The notes beneath the pieces are model-generated. The model was not told where the DNA came from and ran no database searches. It saw only the letters and a program-made list of their open reading frames with translations. Below, piece after piece: positions 23,370 through 35,698 of a stretch of DNA of 48,136 nucleotides (the stretch's first letter is position 1; every line of letters starts with the position of its first letter). A program made the position numbers and the translations under genes. The stretch is from Octopus bimaculoides. Taxonomy: Eukaryota. The stretch spans positions 7,194,314-7,242,449 of the forward strand of contig NC_069009.1 of the NCBI RefSeq assembly GCF_001194135.2. Direction: 5' to 3'.

Positions 23370-24000
23370 NNNNNNNNNNNNNNNNNNNNNNNNNNNNNNN
23401 NNNNNNNNNNNNNNNNNNNNNNNNNNNNNNNNNNNNNNNNNNNNNNNNNNNNNNNNNNNNNNNNNNNNNNNNNNNNNNNNNNNNNNNNNNNNNNNNNNNN
23501 NNNNNNNNNNNNNNNNNNNNNNNNNNNNNNNNNNNNNNNNNNNNNNNNNNNNNNNNNNNNNNNNNNNNNNNNNNNNNNNNNNNNNNNNNNNNNNNNNNNN
23601 NNNNNNNNNNNNNNNNNNNNNNNNNNNNNNNNNNNNNNNNNNNNNNNNNNNNNNNNNNNNNNNNNNNNNNNNNNNNNNNNNNNNNNNNNNNNNNNNNNNN
23701 NNNNNNNNNNNNNNNNNNNNNNNNNNNNNNNNNNNNNNNNNNNNNNNNNNNNNNNNNNNNNNNNNNNNNNNNNNNNNNNNNNNNNNNNNNNNNNNNNNNN
23801 NNNNNNNNNNNNNNNNNNNNNNNNNNNNNNNNNNNNNNNNNNNNNNNNNNNNNNNNNNNNNNNNNNNNNNNNNNNNNNNNNNNNNNNNNNNNNNNNNNNN
23901 NNNNNNNNNNNNNNNNNNNNNNNNNNNNNNNNNNNNNNNNNNNNNNNNNNNNNNNNNNNNNNNNNNNNNNNNNNNNNNNNNNNNNNNNNNNNNNNNNNNN

Positions 24001-24107
24001 AGTACTAGGCTTACAAAGAATAAGTCCTGGGGTTGATTTGATTCGACTAAAGGCGGTGCTCCAGCATGGCCGCAGTCAAATGACTGAAACAAGTAAAAGA
24101 GTAAAAG

Positions 24108-24108
<1 letters not shown>
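24001..24108 (+). mobile_element. SINE family A 3' end (5' part in gap)
   Basis: agtactaggcttacaaagaataagtcctgggg..cagtcaaatgactgaaacaagtaaaagagtaaaaga. Confidence 0.9.
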
Positions 24109-24153
<45 letters not shown>

Positions 24154-25408
24154 ATGTGTGGCTCCGTTTATGTGTGTCTGTGTATTTTGGTCAGTGTGTA
24201 TCTAGTTCTGTGTATACATGTGTAGAATGTATATTTAGGTGTGTTTGTGTGTGTGTGTGTGTGTGTTAAGCATTCCGTGTGTGCGTGTGTGTGCCTGCTT
24301 AACTGTTTGTGTCAGCGAAATTTGATGCGCACGTGTGTATGTATATGTATATGCGCACGTGTGTATATATATGTACGAAGTGTTATGTGTAGATGCGTAT
24401 GGCTCTATGTGTGTTGCTGTTATACTTGTATCGATGTGCATTTAGTATATGTATGTATGTATGTACGTATGTATGTATATGTGTATGCGTATATGTATGT
24501 TTCTGTCGATGTAATATAGCTTGTGTATATGTTTATATGCGCTTGCCTCTGTGTATGTACTTTGCGTTGTCTAATATATGTGTGTGTTTGTGTACATACA
24601 TATATTTATGTGTGTTGTCCCTCTATGTATATATATGTACGACTGTTTGTGTGTGTGCATATGTATTTATCGTTATGTGTGTATATATATAAGTATATAT
24701 ATATATATATATATATATATGTCATCGAGCAGGTTTTAGCTCTGTTCGGTTGTGTATGCATGTGTGTGTGTGTGTGTGTGTATGTTTGTATATATGTAAT
24801 TTCATTTCGTCCGTTCGTATGCGTTTCGCGTGTGCCACTTTGCGCATGCATACCTGCCGTCGTGTATGTGTGTGTNNNNNNNNNNNNNNNNNNNNNNNNN
24901 NNNNNNNNNNNNNNNNNNNNNNNNNNNNNNNNNNNNNNNNNNNNNNNNNNNNNNNNNNNNNNNNNNNNNNNNNNNNNNNNNNNNNNNNNNNNNNNNNNNN
25001 NNNNNNNNNNNNNNNNNNNNNNNNNNNNNNNNNNNNNNNNNNNNNNNNNNNNNNNNNNNNNNNNNNNNNNNNNNNNNNNNNNNNNNNNNNNNNNNNNNNN
25101 NNNNNNNNNNNNNNNNNNNNNNNNNNNNNNNNNNNNNNNNNNNNNNNNNNNNNNNNNNNNNNNNNNNNNNNNNNNNNNNNNNNNNNNNNNNNNNNNNNNN
25201 NNNNNNNNNNNNNNNNNNNNNNNNNNNNNNNNNNNNNNNNNNNNNNNNNNNNNNNNNNNNNNNNNNNNNNNNNNNNNNNNNNNNNNNNNNNNNNNNNNNN
25301 NNNNNNNNNNNNNNNNNNNNNNNNNNNNNNNNNNNNNNNNNNNNNNNNNNNNNNNATATATATATATTAATGATATAAAAAACAAACACAACCACATATT
25401 TACACAAA

Positions 25409-25447
<39 letters not shown>

Positions 25448-25549
25448 GCAAATTTATACGTACAGAATGTGGAACATTTTCTTTCATGTATGTACATTGT
25501 GTTCAGCCGACATGTAGGAATTTGTATATTTTATGTATGTGTGTGCGTA

Positions 25550-25591
25550 CATACATGCATGTATAAGTGTGTATATGTATATATACATATG

Positions 25592-25630
<39 letters not shown>

Positions 25631-25900
25631 GTGTGTATATATTTGTGTATGTATTATATATATATATATATATTTATGTATGTATATTTATGTATGTGTG
25701 TGTATATATTTGTGTATGTATTATATATATATATGTATGTATGTATGTATGTATTCATGTATGTATGTATGTATTTATGTATATGTATGTATGTATGTAT
25801 GTATGTATTCATGTATGTATGTATGTATTTATGTATATGTATGTATGTATGTATGTAGTATGTATGTGTATATGTTTATGTATATGCATGCATGACTATG
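25550..25900. repeat. Compound (TA)/(TATG) microsatellite
   Basis: Dense gtat/tata units with short internal tandem repeats. Confidence 0.9.
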
Positions 25901-26515
25901 TAATATTCATACACACGTTTATGTGTATATATATTCGAATCTACACACGGTAAATGTACCTCATTGTATCTCTATCGACATAAGTATGTATGCACACTCA
26001 CATATACATGCACACAGACATACACATACGCACATGCGCATACATATCATCTCAGCGACATTCACATTCGCATATACATAAACATCATTTGCACGCACCT
26101 GTATGTATATCACTTCATACGCAATTGCGAACACACACACACTTGCGCGCGCGCGTGCACACAGATGCACACGTATCCACGCGCGCACACGTCTTTCAGA
26201 AGCGACGTATTAACACCGCTCAGTGTCATGTATCTTTATAAAGCATTTATGTGCCTTCATTTTACAAGCGTCTATAGGGTCCTTATGCAATTTTGAGCTT
26301 TGAGTATGTAAAAATTACACACTGTTTTTGTAATGACCTTGTGTGCGTCTGTATACACACGCACACGTGCTCTAATTTGTACTGTCTCATTCTCTTTCTG
26401 TCCCTCTCTCTCTCTTTCAAATCCGGTATGTGTATTTCACTATGTATACACGTATGTGAAGCAAACGCATAGATATACCTGTGTGTGTGTATGTGTTTAT
26501 ACATTTATGTGTATG

Positions 26516-26552
<37 letters not shown>

Positions 26553-26555
26553 ATA

Positions 26556-26595
<40 letters not shown>

Positions 26596-27025
26596 NNNNN
26601 NNNNNNNNNNNNNNNNNNNNNNNNNNNNNNNNNNNNNNNNNNNNNNNNNNNNNNNNNNNNNNNNNNNNNNNNNNNNNNNNNNNNNNNNNNNNNNNNNNNN
26701 NNNNNNNNNNNNNNNNNNNNNNNNNNNNNNNNNNNNNNNNNNNNNNNNNNNNNNNNNNNNNNNNNNNNNNNNNNNNNNNNNNNNNNNNNNNNNNNNNNNN
26801 NNNNNNNNNNNNNNNNNNNNNNNNNNNNNNNNNNNNNNNNNNNNNNNNNNNNNNNNNNNNNNNNNNNNNNNNNNNNNNNNNNNNNNNNNNNNNNNNNNNN
26901 NNNNNNNNNNNNNNNNNNNNNNNNNNNNNNNNNNNNNNNNNNNNNNNNNNNNNNNNNNNNNNNNNNNNNNNNCACAGTCAAAAGACTGAAACAAGTAAAA
27001 GAGTAAAAGAGTATATGTATATATA

Positions 27026-27078
<53 letters not shown>

Positions 27079-27802
27079 TTATGTGTATATATATATGTAT
27101 ATTTATGTGTATATATATATATATATTGTATTCGTGTATACATATATGTGAATGTAAACAAAGATATATACACATGCACACCCGTACAATCGATCACTGA
27201 CTTCTCCGCTCGCATACATGTTCTATAACCCTAGGCCAGCCCCAACCTACAAAACTCTTAACGAAACATTAAAGGTGCTTCAGCACGCGTGAGGGTGTGT
27301 GGGGGTGCGTGTTCGAAAAAATGATAATTTTCTGATAATTTTTCCGCTTTAATAATTAAATGTTTAATAATTAGGGGCTTATATTACGTTTATTATAATT
27401 TGTAAAGACGAAAACTGAGAAAAAAACCATTTCTATTCTTTATTATTATTTTTTTTTTTTACTATATAATATTGTACCATGCTTTTAATTCTACTACATA
27501 TATATATATATATAAGAGACATGCATCACAGATATTCGCTTATGAATATACATACGCACACACGTGCAAAAGGCACACATGCGCTCGCCCACCAACTTAC
27601 GCAAGCTATACTTAGAACACAACTTAAAGACATGCGACAGTCTTAAAGTCAGCGCAATGTGGTGCACTGCGCATGCGCTCACTACATTTAACTTTCACAT
27701 TCATTTCACTGAAGTATTGTAATATCACTTGACGTAGAAATCTTGTTACGTCACACCTCGTAATTGACGTCTATATATGTTTCCGTGCATCGTGTGATAA
27801 AT

Positions 27803-28072
27803 AGGTGTGGCTGTGTGGTAAGAAGCTTGCTTCCCAACGACATGGCTCTGGGTTCAGTCCCTCTGCGTGGCACCTTGGGCAAGTACCTTCTACTATAGTC
27901 TTGGGTTGACCAAAGCCTTGTGAGTGGATTTGGTGGACAGAAACTGAAAGAAACCCGTGTATGTGTTTGTGTCCGTCGCCATCACCGCTTGACAACCGAT
28001 GCTGGTGTGTTTACGTCCCAATAACTTAGCAGTTCGGCAAAAGACATCGATAGAATAAATACCTGAATAAGT
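27803..28072 (+). mobile_element. SINE family A copy, 3'-truncated
   Basis: ggtgtggctgtgtggtaagaagcttgcttcccaac..gcaccttgggcaag..gcttgacaaccgatgctggtgtgtttacgtccc. Confidence 0.88.
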
Positions 28073-28299
28073 ACCCCTCTGAGGCACAAGTCCGGGTAAA
28101 GTAGTCGCCCTCGAAAACACAACACAGCCCTGTCCGGGAATTGAATTCACTACCTCATGATCGTGGGCCAGCGGTCTAAGTACTGAGTCATGCGCCTGTA
28201 TGTATACACATATGCATGTGTTAGTGTGTGATATTTCAGTTAGGCATTGCGAAATTCGATGTGTAAGTCTCTAACCAAATAAATTGCGCTTCATATTTT

Positions 28300-28377
28300 T
28301 GGCTCTGATGAAGCTATAACGTATTACTCAGGTACTCAAGTATCAGTTCACTGCATCTGATAGCAGAAACAGCTAAT
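28300..28377 (+). ncRNA. Decayed hammerhead motif (Penelope type)
   Basis: CTGATGA-a-gctat (28305-28317) ... atagc-a-GAAAC-agct (28360-28374); cleavage triplet and stem I not intact. Confidence 0.4.
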
Positions 28378-28457
28378 GACGTTCATACGGTAATCATTTA
28401 TTCCTTTGTATCTCCTTTCTTATTACCCATATATACATACAAACACGCACATATACA

Positions 28458-28648
28458 CGAGGGTGCTGAAAAGCTCTTGTCTTTAAGGGTATCGCGAAAG
28501 GCTTGGCTGGAGGCCCAAACTTCCTGAGTTCCTTTACAGGGCTTAGAAAACCCGAAGGACCGCTGCAATAAGTGTGGGAATCTCAGAGTGGTATATGTTG
28601 AATAAAATCATAGTTAACCTGCATTTTCTTTTACCGAAAGTTAGGAAC

Positions 28649-28650
<2 letters not shown>
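28458..28650 (+). mobile_element. Mariner-derived MITE, second copy
   Basis: cgagggtgctgaaaagct end; remnant translates LQGLENPKDRCNKCGNLRVVYVE*, matching the mariner C-terminal GI.KL..RW.KC....G.YVE pattern; right end lost in a CA repeat. Confidence 0.7.
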
Positions 28651-28689
<39 letters not shown>

Positions 28690-29079
28690 ACGCACACGCA
28701 CACACACACACACACACACGTTTCATTGTATCTCTCGTCGGGATATATTTTCTAGTGTGACAGATTTGTCTATNNNNNNNNNNNNNNNNNNNNNNNNNNN
28801 NNNNNNNNNNNNNNNNNNNNNNNNNNNNNNNNNNNNNNNNNNNNNNNNNNNNNNNNNNNNNNNNNNNNNNNNNNNNNNNNNNNNNNNNNNNNNNNNNNNN
28901 NNNNNNNNNNNNNNNNNNNNNNNNNNNAGTCCATGAGACGTGGTGCGACGGGAGTGGTATGTTGGAGTAGGTTTTAGGAAATCTGGTGAGCTTTCTGATT
29001 AGCCGAGATATAATACTGACGTGATGAAATATTGCTCCATTCTTCAAAAACCTGCACTCATTCCGTCTGCGAAGACGAC

Positions 29080-29360
29080 AAGGGTTCCCTGTTGATCCGA
29101 TCAACGGAACAGTCTGCTCGTGAAATTAATGTGCAAGTGGCTGAGCACTCCACAGACACATGTACTCTTAACATAGTTCCCAGGGAAATTCAGCGTGACA
29201 CAGAGTGTAACAAGGCTGGCCCTTTGAAATACAGGTACAACTTATGTTTTGCCCGCCGAGTGGACTGGAGCAAAGTGAAATAAAGTACTGCTGGGAATTG
29301 AACCCGGAACCTTAGAATTGTCAACTGGATACGCGAACCACTAAGCCACACACCTTCACT
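29080..29360 (-). mobile_element. SINE family B copy
   Basis: gatccgatcaacggaacag.ctgctcgtgaaattaa.gtgcaagtggctgagcactccacagacac..ggactggagcaa..ccactaagccac. Confidence 0.88.
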
Positions 29361-29361
29361 A

Positions 29362-29665
29362 AAAAACTGGTACTCCGTCCGTTACGACTATGAATGTTCC
29401 AGTTGATCCAATGAATGAAACAACCTGCTCATGAAATTAACATACACACCCTTAATGCAGTTCGCGGAGCGAATCAGCGTGATACAAAACGTGACTAGGC
29501 TGACCCTTTGAAATTCAGGTACAACTCATTTTGTACCTACATTTTTTCCAGCTGGTTGGGCTGGAGCAATGGGGAATAAAATATCTTGCCAAAGGACACA
29601 ACCCCGCCGACGGGAATCGAATTCATGACTTTACGACTGTGATACGAATAACTGAACCACTAAGC
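29362..29665 (-). mobile_element. SINE family B copy, tandem with the previous one
   Basis: actccgtccgttacgac..gttccagttgatcc..gggaatcgaattcatgac..gaaccactaagc. Confidence 0.82.
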
Positions 29666-29679
29666 TATCCTTCAATGAC

Positions 29680-30025
29680 ATACATCGCTTATACATATCA
29701 CTGTATCGCCTCTATCGACCAGACTTTCAGATGATATACATCGCTAGTCACAGAGCGCTTCCAATTCTTTCTTCTTTGAGCCAGCCTTTTCCATGTTGGT
29801 CCAAATTGCTTAACTAAACCGTCTTCCCATTGTCGTGGGAGACTTCCGAAGTGGCCTTTTCCGATTTCTTGGTTGCCCCTCGGCAACTGGACAGATCCTT
29901 CTATTATCTCTAAACCTCGCCACATATCCGACCCAATGGAACATGCGCTTTCGGTATTTTGCGATCACGTTGTTCACTCCACTTCGTTCTCGAATCACCT
30001 TGTTTCGAGGATACATGCACACCAA
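29680..30025 (-). mobile_element. RTE-clade LINE ORF C-terminus, frameshifted, 5'-truncated
   Basis: Two frames join to RNKVIRERSGVNNVIAKYRKRMFHWVGYVARFRDNRRICPVAEGQPRNRKRP..SLPRQWEDGLVKQFGPTWKRLAQRRKNW, the RTE pattern W.WAGHVAR..DNRW....EW.PR..KR..GRP..RW.D. Confidence 0.85.
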
Positions 30026-30821
30026 TACCAGTTATCAAGCGGTGGAGGATTACACACACACACAAACACACACACACATATATATATGTACATACGCACG
30101 CATCAGTTTCCCTCCACCAAATACTCTCACAAGGTTTTCGTAGACCCTAGGCTATAATAGAAGACACTTGCCCAAGATGCCACGCCTTTAACTTTTTCCA
30201 AAACAAACAAAAATGAAAAGAAATATGAAATAAGCAAGCAAAGGGAAATAAATCAAACGAGCCAAAGGCACGCACTTAGATGAATGCGATAAGAGACAAC
30301 CCCACCAAAACCACCACCGCCACCACCACCGAAATGATTTACACTAATAATTATCAGTCAATTTACACCTTCCGTCTTAGAGAGAGAAATATAGAACAAA
30401 CAAAGTCGTAGCTGTTAGAAACTGTTACAGATAATTTCCAGAAATTAAGCGTTAATTTCACAAAATTTATTAGCAGTTGAGGGGAAAATTTGATCTTGCA
30501 TATCTGGCTATCGAAATGATGTATATGTATGAAAGCTAAATATGTACTTAGCCGAGAATTGCTACAAGTACTTTTATTGTGTGCATGCAAAAATGAAGAG
30601 TTTCATGGCGTATAAACGTACATATAAACACGTAAATACATAAAATATGTTTGGTATATACATACAGTATATTGTGTGTTAGTACATAACTCGGTTAGTA
30701 TGTTTCTTGTGTCTGTATATATGTGTTCTAGCTTGTAAAATTCCTCGACGTGTAGTATACTTGAGAATATGTATGTGCATATATATGTGTGTATGTGTGC
30801 ATATGTGTGTGTGTATGTATA

Positions 30822-31569
30822 CAGGGTGCGGTGAATAAACTGTCGTTTAAATTATGCAAAAATGAAAAGAATACTGACATTTCATTTTAACAGATATATT
30901 TACCAAAATTACATAAAAGTATCTTAAAATACTAAAGAGTAAATTTATTCAATAAAATCACCATTGGCTTCAACCACAGCCTCCAGACGACTTCAGAATC
31001 TCCTGCAACTCTTCTGGACAGTCTCCTTGTTGGTGAATGCTGCCATAATCCTTGCCACACATAATAATCAAGAGGGTTGCGGTCTGGCGAATTAGGTGGC
31101 CACATTTTAGGGGTGATGTGGTCGCAGAAATTGTCTGACGACCATGACTGGGTTCTCCTGCTTGTGTGGCATGGTGCAGAATCCTGTTACCAGAGATAGG
31201 GTCATCCAGCAGTCACTTTCTTGACTCAGGGCAGCAATACCTCCTCCAGGCACTTGATATAGGTCTCCATGTTGAATCTGAACCATGATGTTAATTGGAT
31301 GTTTTTTTATCACTCTCGGTACATGTCTTCAGACTGACACCCAAACAATCTGAAATGTTCGCATCGGAGCTTTAGGCGCGAATACCAAACTGTACAGCAT
31401 GTCGTTTCCAAATTTCTGGCAGAGTGAATTGTGTCATGGTGCTGTTTTTCTCACAGACGTGCACAATTGACCCTACTATACTGAGTAGTCGACAAAATCA
31501 AAGACAAACAATGCACATGCGCGAAATTAAAAAAATATAAAATGGCGACAATTTACCCATTGCACCCTC
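30822..31569 (-). mobile_element. Internally deleted Tc1/mariner element, DD37D (maT) family, pseudogenised transposase
   Basis: Imperfect TIRs TA|CAGGGTGCGGTGAATAAACTGTCG and CGACAATTTACCCATTGCACCCTC; minus frame QDSAPCHTSRRTQSWSSDNFCDHITPKMWPPNSPDRNPLDYYVW (37 residues between the 2nd and 3rd D) and C-terminus CRRF*SRLEAVVEANGDFIE*; several stops. Confidence 0.9.
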
Positions 31570-31762
31570 TGTGTGTGCGTATATTGATATGTGTATGTAT
31601 GTGTGCATATATATGTGCCTATGTGTATACATATATGTTTGAGTTACAAATTTAATAAAGCATATTTATGTGTATGTAAGTGATGTGTATATGTATTTAT
31701 GTCTATATATATACATGTATGAGTGTTGATGTATAGGTTGTGTGTATAAAATCTTACTGTAT

Positions 31763-31793
<31 letters not shown>

Positions 31794-31829
31794 TTCAATT
31801 GAATTCAATTCATTTATTTCTCGCCTCTT

Positions 31830-32100
31830 ATCGCCGCCATATTTTAAAAATCAATTTACAGACTATTAACGTATCCCTCCTCTTCTCCCAAACACCGCCT
31901 CCGCGCTCCTTCCTCTCCATCCAACACCATCACATACACCAGTCATAAAGTATATCCAACATCCTCTAAAATATGAGCGCTTCACTGCCATCATCATCAT
32001 CATCACCACCACACAAACTACCCCCACCACCGACTACGACTACTCCTCAAAAAGTATCGACGCAGTAAAATAAGTCAAACATAAAATGGCGGACTTCAAA
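31830..32100. promoter_or_regulatory. Possible promoter-like segment with YY1-type motifs
   Basis: cgccatatttt (31835-31845) and aaaatggcggac (32083-32094) in CpG-containing sequence with no repeat family I recognise; no transcript evidence. Confidence 0.25.
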
Positions 32101-32233
32101 CTTTCAGCTTCTTCTTCTTGTCACATTTTTTTGTTCGTTTCTTCTATTTTATTTCTAATCTTTGTCTGTAGATCTTTCTGTATATAGATCCTCCATGCCC
32201 TCTATTATTTATTTCTCTCTCTCCCTCTCCCTC

Positions 32234-32290
<57 letters not shown>

Positions 32291-32790
32291 CTATCTANNN
32301 NNNNNNNNNNNNNNNNNNNNNNNNNNNNNNNNNNNNNNNNNNNNNNNNNNNNNNNNNNNNNNNNNNNNNNNNNNNNNNNNNNNNNNNNNNNNNNNNNNNN
32401 NNNNNNNNNNNNNNNNNNNNNNNNNNNNNNNNNNNNNNNNNNNNNNNNNNNNNNNNNNNNNNNNNNNNNNNNNNNNNNNNNNNNNNNNNNNNNNNNNNNN
32501 NNNNNNNNNNNNNNNNNNNNNNNNNNNNNNNNNNNNNNNNNNNNNNNNNNNNNNNNNNNNNNNNNNNNNNNNNNNNNNNNNNNNNNNNNNNNNNNNNNNN
32601 NNNNNNNNNNNNNNNNNNNNNNNNNNNNNNNNNNNNNNNNNNNNNNNNNNNNNNNNNNNNNNNNNNNNNNNNNNNNNNNNNNNNNNNNNNNNNNNNNNNN
32701 NNNNNNNNNNNNNNNNNNNNNNNNNNNNNNNNNNNNNNNNNNNNNNNNNNNNNNNNNNNNNNNNNNNNNNNNNNNNNNNNNNNNNNNNNN

Positions 32791-33270
32791 GTGCGGATAC
32801 GTTGCTCTCTCTCTTTCTGTGGCTCTCTTATTCCATAGAACTCTCCTCCTTCGCTTTTCTTCTCCCTATCTGACTCTATTCTTTTCCCTACCCTTCCCTC
32901 TCCCCCTTTTACTTCTCTCTTCTCTTGGCTTCTCCCTTCCTCCTCCTCTCTACCTGTACGTCTCTCTCCCGTTTTTCCATTTCTCCTCTCTCGCTATGCC
33001 CCTCTCTAGAATGTAACTCTTTCTATCTTCTCTCTTCCCCTCCCCCACGACTGCTCCTTCTCTCTAGTAGGTCTTCCTCTCTCGCCGTCTCTTTGTCTCT
33101 GTATCTCTTGCTCTCTCTCTCTCTCTCCTATTCTGCTCGCCCTCTCTCTGCTTTTCTCCCTTTCTCAGCCTCTCTCTGCACCGCTCTCTCTCTCTCTTTT
33201 CCCGTCTCCTCTTTTTCCTGTATACATATATTCGCTCTTCCTACCATTAACTCCTCACGCCACCTCTCCC
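32791..33270. repeat. CT-rich low-complexity tract
   Basis: Pyrimidine-only runs of degenerate (CT)n. Confidence 0.9.
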
Positions 33271-34348
33271 CCACCATATCAATATACCGAAAACGGCGGT
33301 AAAGACACCTCAGTTACATCGACAAGACAAACTCTCGTCTGAAAGCATCATAGCGAAAGGCAACTCTTAAAAGGAAACAGCAGTAATGGAAGTTTTAGTG
33401 AGATTAACAAAACCATAATAAAATAAATATGCAAATAAATACATAAATAAATATAAAGAGCGTAAGTAAACAAACAATTAAATAAAAGGTTGGAGAATAC
33501 AGCTTCTACTAGATGGCGTTGTGGTTGTGTTTATGGAGTTAGTGGTGATGGGGTTTTATTAAATTTAAAACGTTTGCATTTTTCCAGTTACGTGTTTATA
33601 TAAATACGTATATAATATATATATATATATATATATANNNNNNNNNNNNNNNNNNNNNNNNNNNNNNNNNNNNNNNNNNNNNNNNNNNNNNNNNNNNNNN
33701 NNNNNNNNNNNNNNNNNNNNNNNNNNNNNNNNNNNNNNNNNNNNNNNNNNNNNNNNNNNNNNNNNNNNNNNNNNNNNNNNNNNNNNNNNNNNNNNNNNNN
33801 NNNNNNNNNNNNNNNNNNNNNNNNNNNNNNNNNNNNNNNNNNNNNNNNNNNNNNNNNNNNNNNNNNNNNNNNNNNNNNNNNNNNNNNNNNNNNNNNNNNN
33901 NNNNNNNNNNNNNNNNNNNNNNNNNNNNNNNNNNNNNNNNNNNNNNNNNNNNNNNNNNNNNNNNNNNNNNNNNNNNNNNNNNNNNNNNNNNNNNNNNNNN
34001 NNNNNNNNNNNNNNNNNNNNNNNNNNNNNNNNNNNNNNNNNNNNNNNNNNNNNNNNNNNNNNNNNNNNNNNNNNNNNNNNNNNNNNNNNNNNNNNNNNNN
34101 NNNNNNNNNNNNNNNNNNNNNNNNNNNNNNNNNNNNNNNNNNNNNNNNNNNNNNNNNNNNNNNNNNNNNNNNNNNNNNNNNNNNNNNNNNNNNNNNNNNN
34201 NNNNNNNNNNNNNNNNNNNNNNNNNNNNNNNNNNNNNNNNNNNNNNNNNNNNNNNNNNNNNNNNNNNNNNNNNNNNNNNNNNNNNNNNNNNNNNNNNNNN
34301 NNNNNNNNNNNNNNNNNNNNNNNNNNNNNNNNNNNNNNNNNNNNNNNN

Positions 34349-34388
<40 letters not shown>

Positions 34389-35442
34389 ATTGTAACCCTA
34401 CTGATCTGCATTGATATAGTGATCTGTTACATCACACCACTACTAATGTTGCCTGCTGATTTATCTAGCTTCTGTGATCCGACTGTTAAAAAGAGAGGGG
34501 AGACAACCCTTTATAGATTTTGGTCTACAGACTTTTCCAGGTTACGCAAATTCAGCTGATTTTTCCGAAAGAAATCGATTTCAGTGAAGCCTAGAGCATT
34601 TATCCAACAGAAACACGTGTCGGATTGGAATTTAATGAAAATTATCTCGAAATTTTCTTTTGTTCGGCAATATCTGTGACAGTGTCAAAATGTAGCATTT
34701 CTCAGTGGTACACAATCTACAATATCAATGATCATACAGGTTAATATTAGAGAATGATAGACACAAAAGAGAGACGTCAATAGAAAGAGGAGACAAGAAG
34801 AAACAAACAGCAAGATAAGGAAGAGTACCGTGTAATAATGTTGGCAGCGGTACGCTTGTGTAACGTCAAACTCTTTCTCGTCCTCCTTCAATTTCTTTCA
34901 ACTTTCAATCTTTCTTTCGGTGATCTTAGACAATGAGAGTGACACGTGAGAGAGAAAGAGAAGGGTAAGGAGGGGAGTGGTAATGATGACAACGACGTTT
35001 TCACAACCGGATCAAAAAACACAACAGCCACACTCTATCAGAAAGCGTTCTTTTGATCTTTGCACAAGTATGGTTAACCGAAATAGAATAAACGCTTTCA
35101 AAGACCACACTTTGTTGCATCCAAATTCTTGAGTGGCATTCCAAGGAACTTCAGATTGGATTTAATTCTATTTGGACTGAGGTATGGCAATCATCCCCAT
35201 CCACCACCACCAAGAAATCATCTGCATTATATTTCAATTAATCTATTTCTGAACATTATTACCACACAAAATTCTTTGCCTGAGTTTATACCACCTCATA
35301 AAAAAAACATAATGCTTTCTCAGTTGATTAATATACTGCTAAAGATATTGCACATATATAATAAAAGCAGTACGTTACAGTGATACACTGGGTAACCTAA
35401 CATACTAATTTCGGTTTACCTACAACACACACACACACACAC

Positions 35443-35588
35443 AGGACTGAGTGTCTGGTAAGTTTGCTTTCCAGCCACATATATCTGGGTTCATTAGCAC
35501 TGTGTGGCACCTTAGGTAACTGCTTTCTACTACAGTCTCGGGCCCACCAAACACTCGTGAGTGGATTTGGTAGAGACTTAGAGCACGT

Positions 35589-35628
<40 letters not shown>

Positions 35629-35698
35629 TGGAGCCATGCGGCCATGCTGGAGCACCGCGTTTTTCTATGCACGCATAGTACTTATTTTATCTATCTCT
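35443..35698 (+). mobile_element. SINE family A copy with internal deletion/rearrangement
   Basis: ctgggttcatt..gtggcaccttagg..ctcgggccca..gtgagtggatttggtaga; tail fragment ggccatgctggagcaccgc in reverse orientation. Confidence 0.7.

Noticed and set aside
34610-34621. GAAACACGTGTC, resembling a hammerhead helix III and cleavage site
   Set aside because: No CUGANGA core or matching stems I/II upstream.
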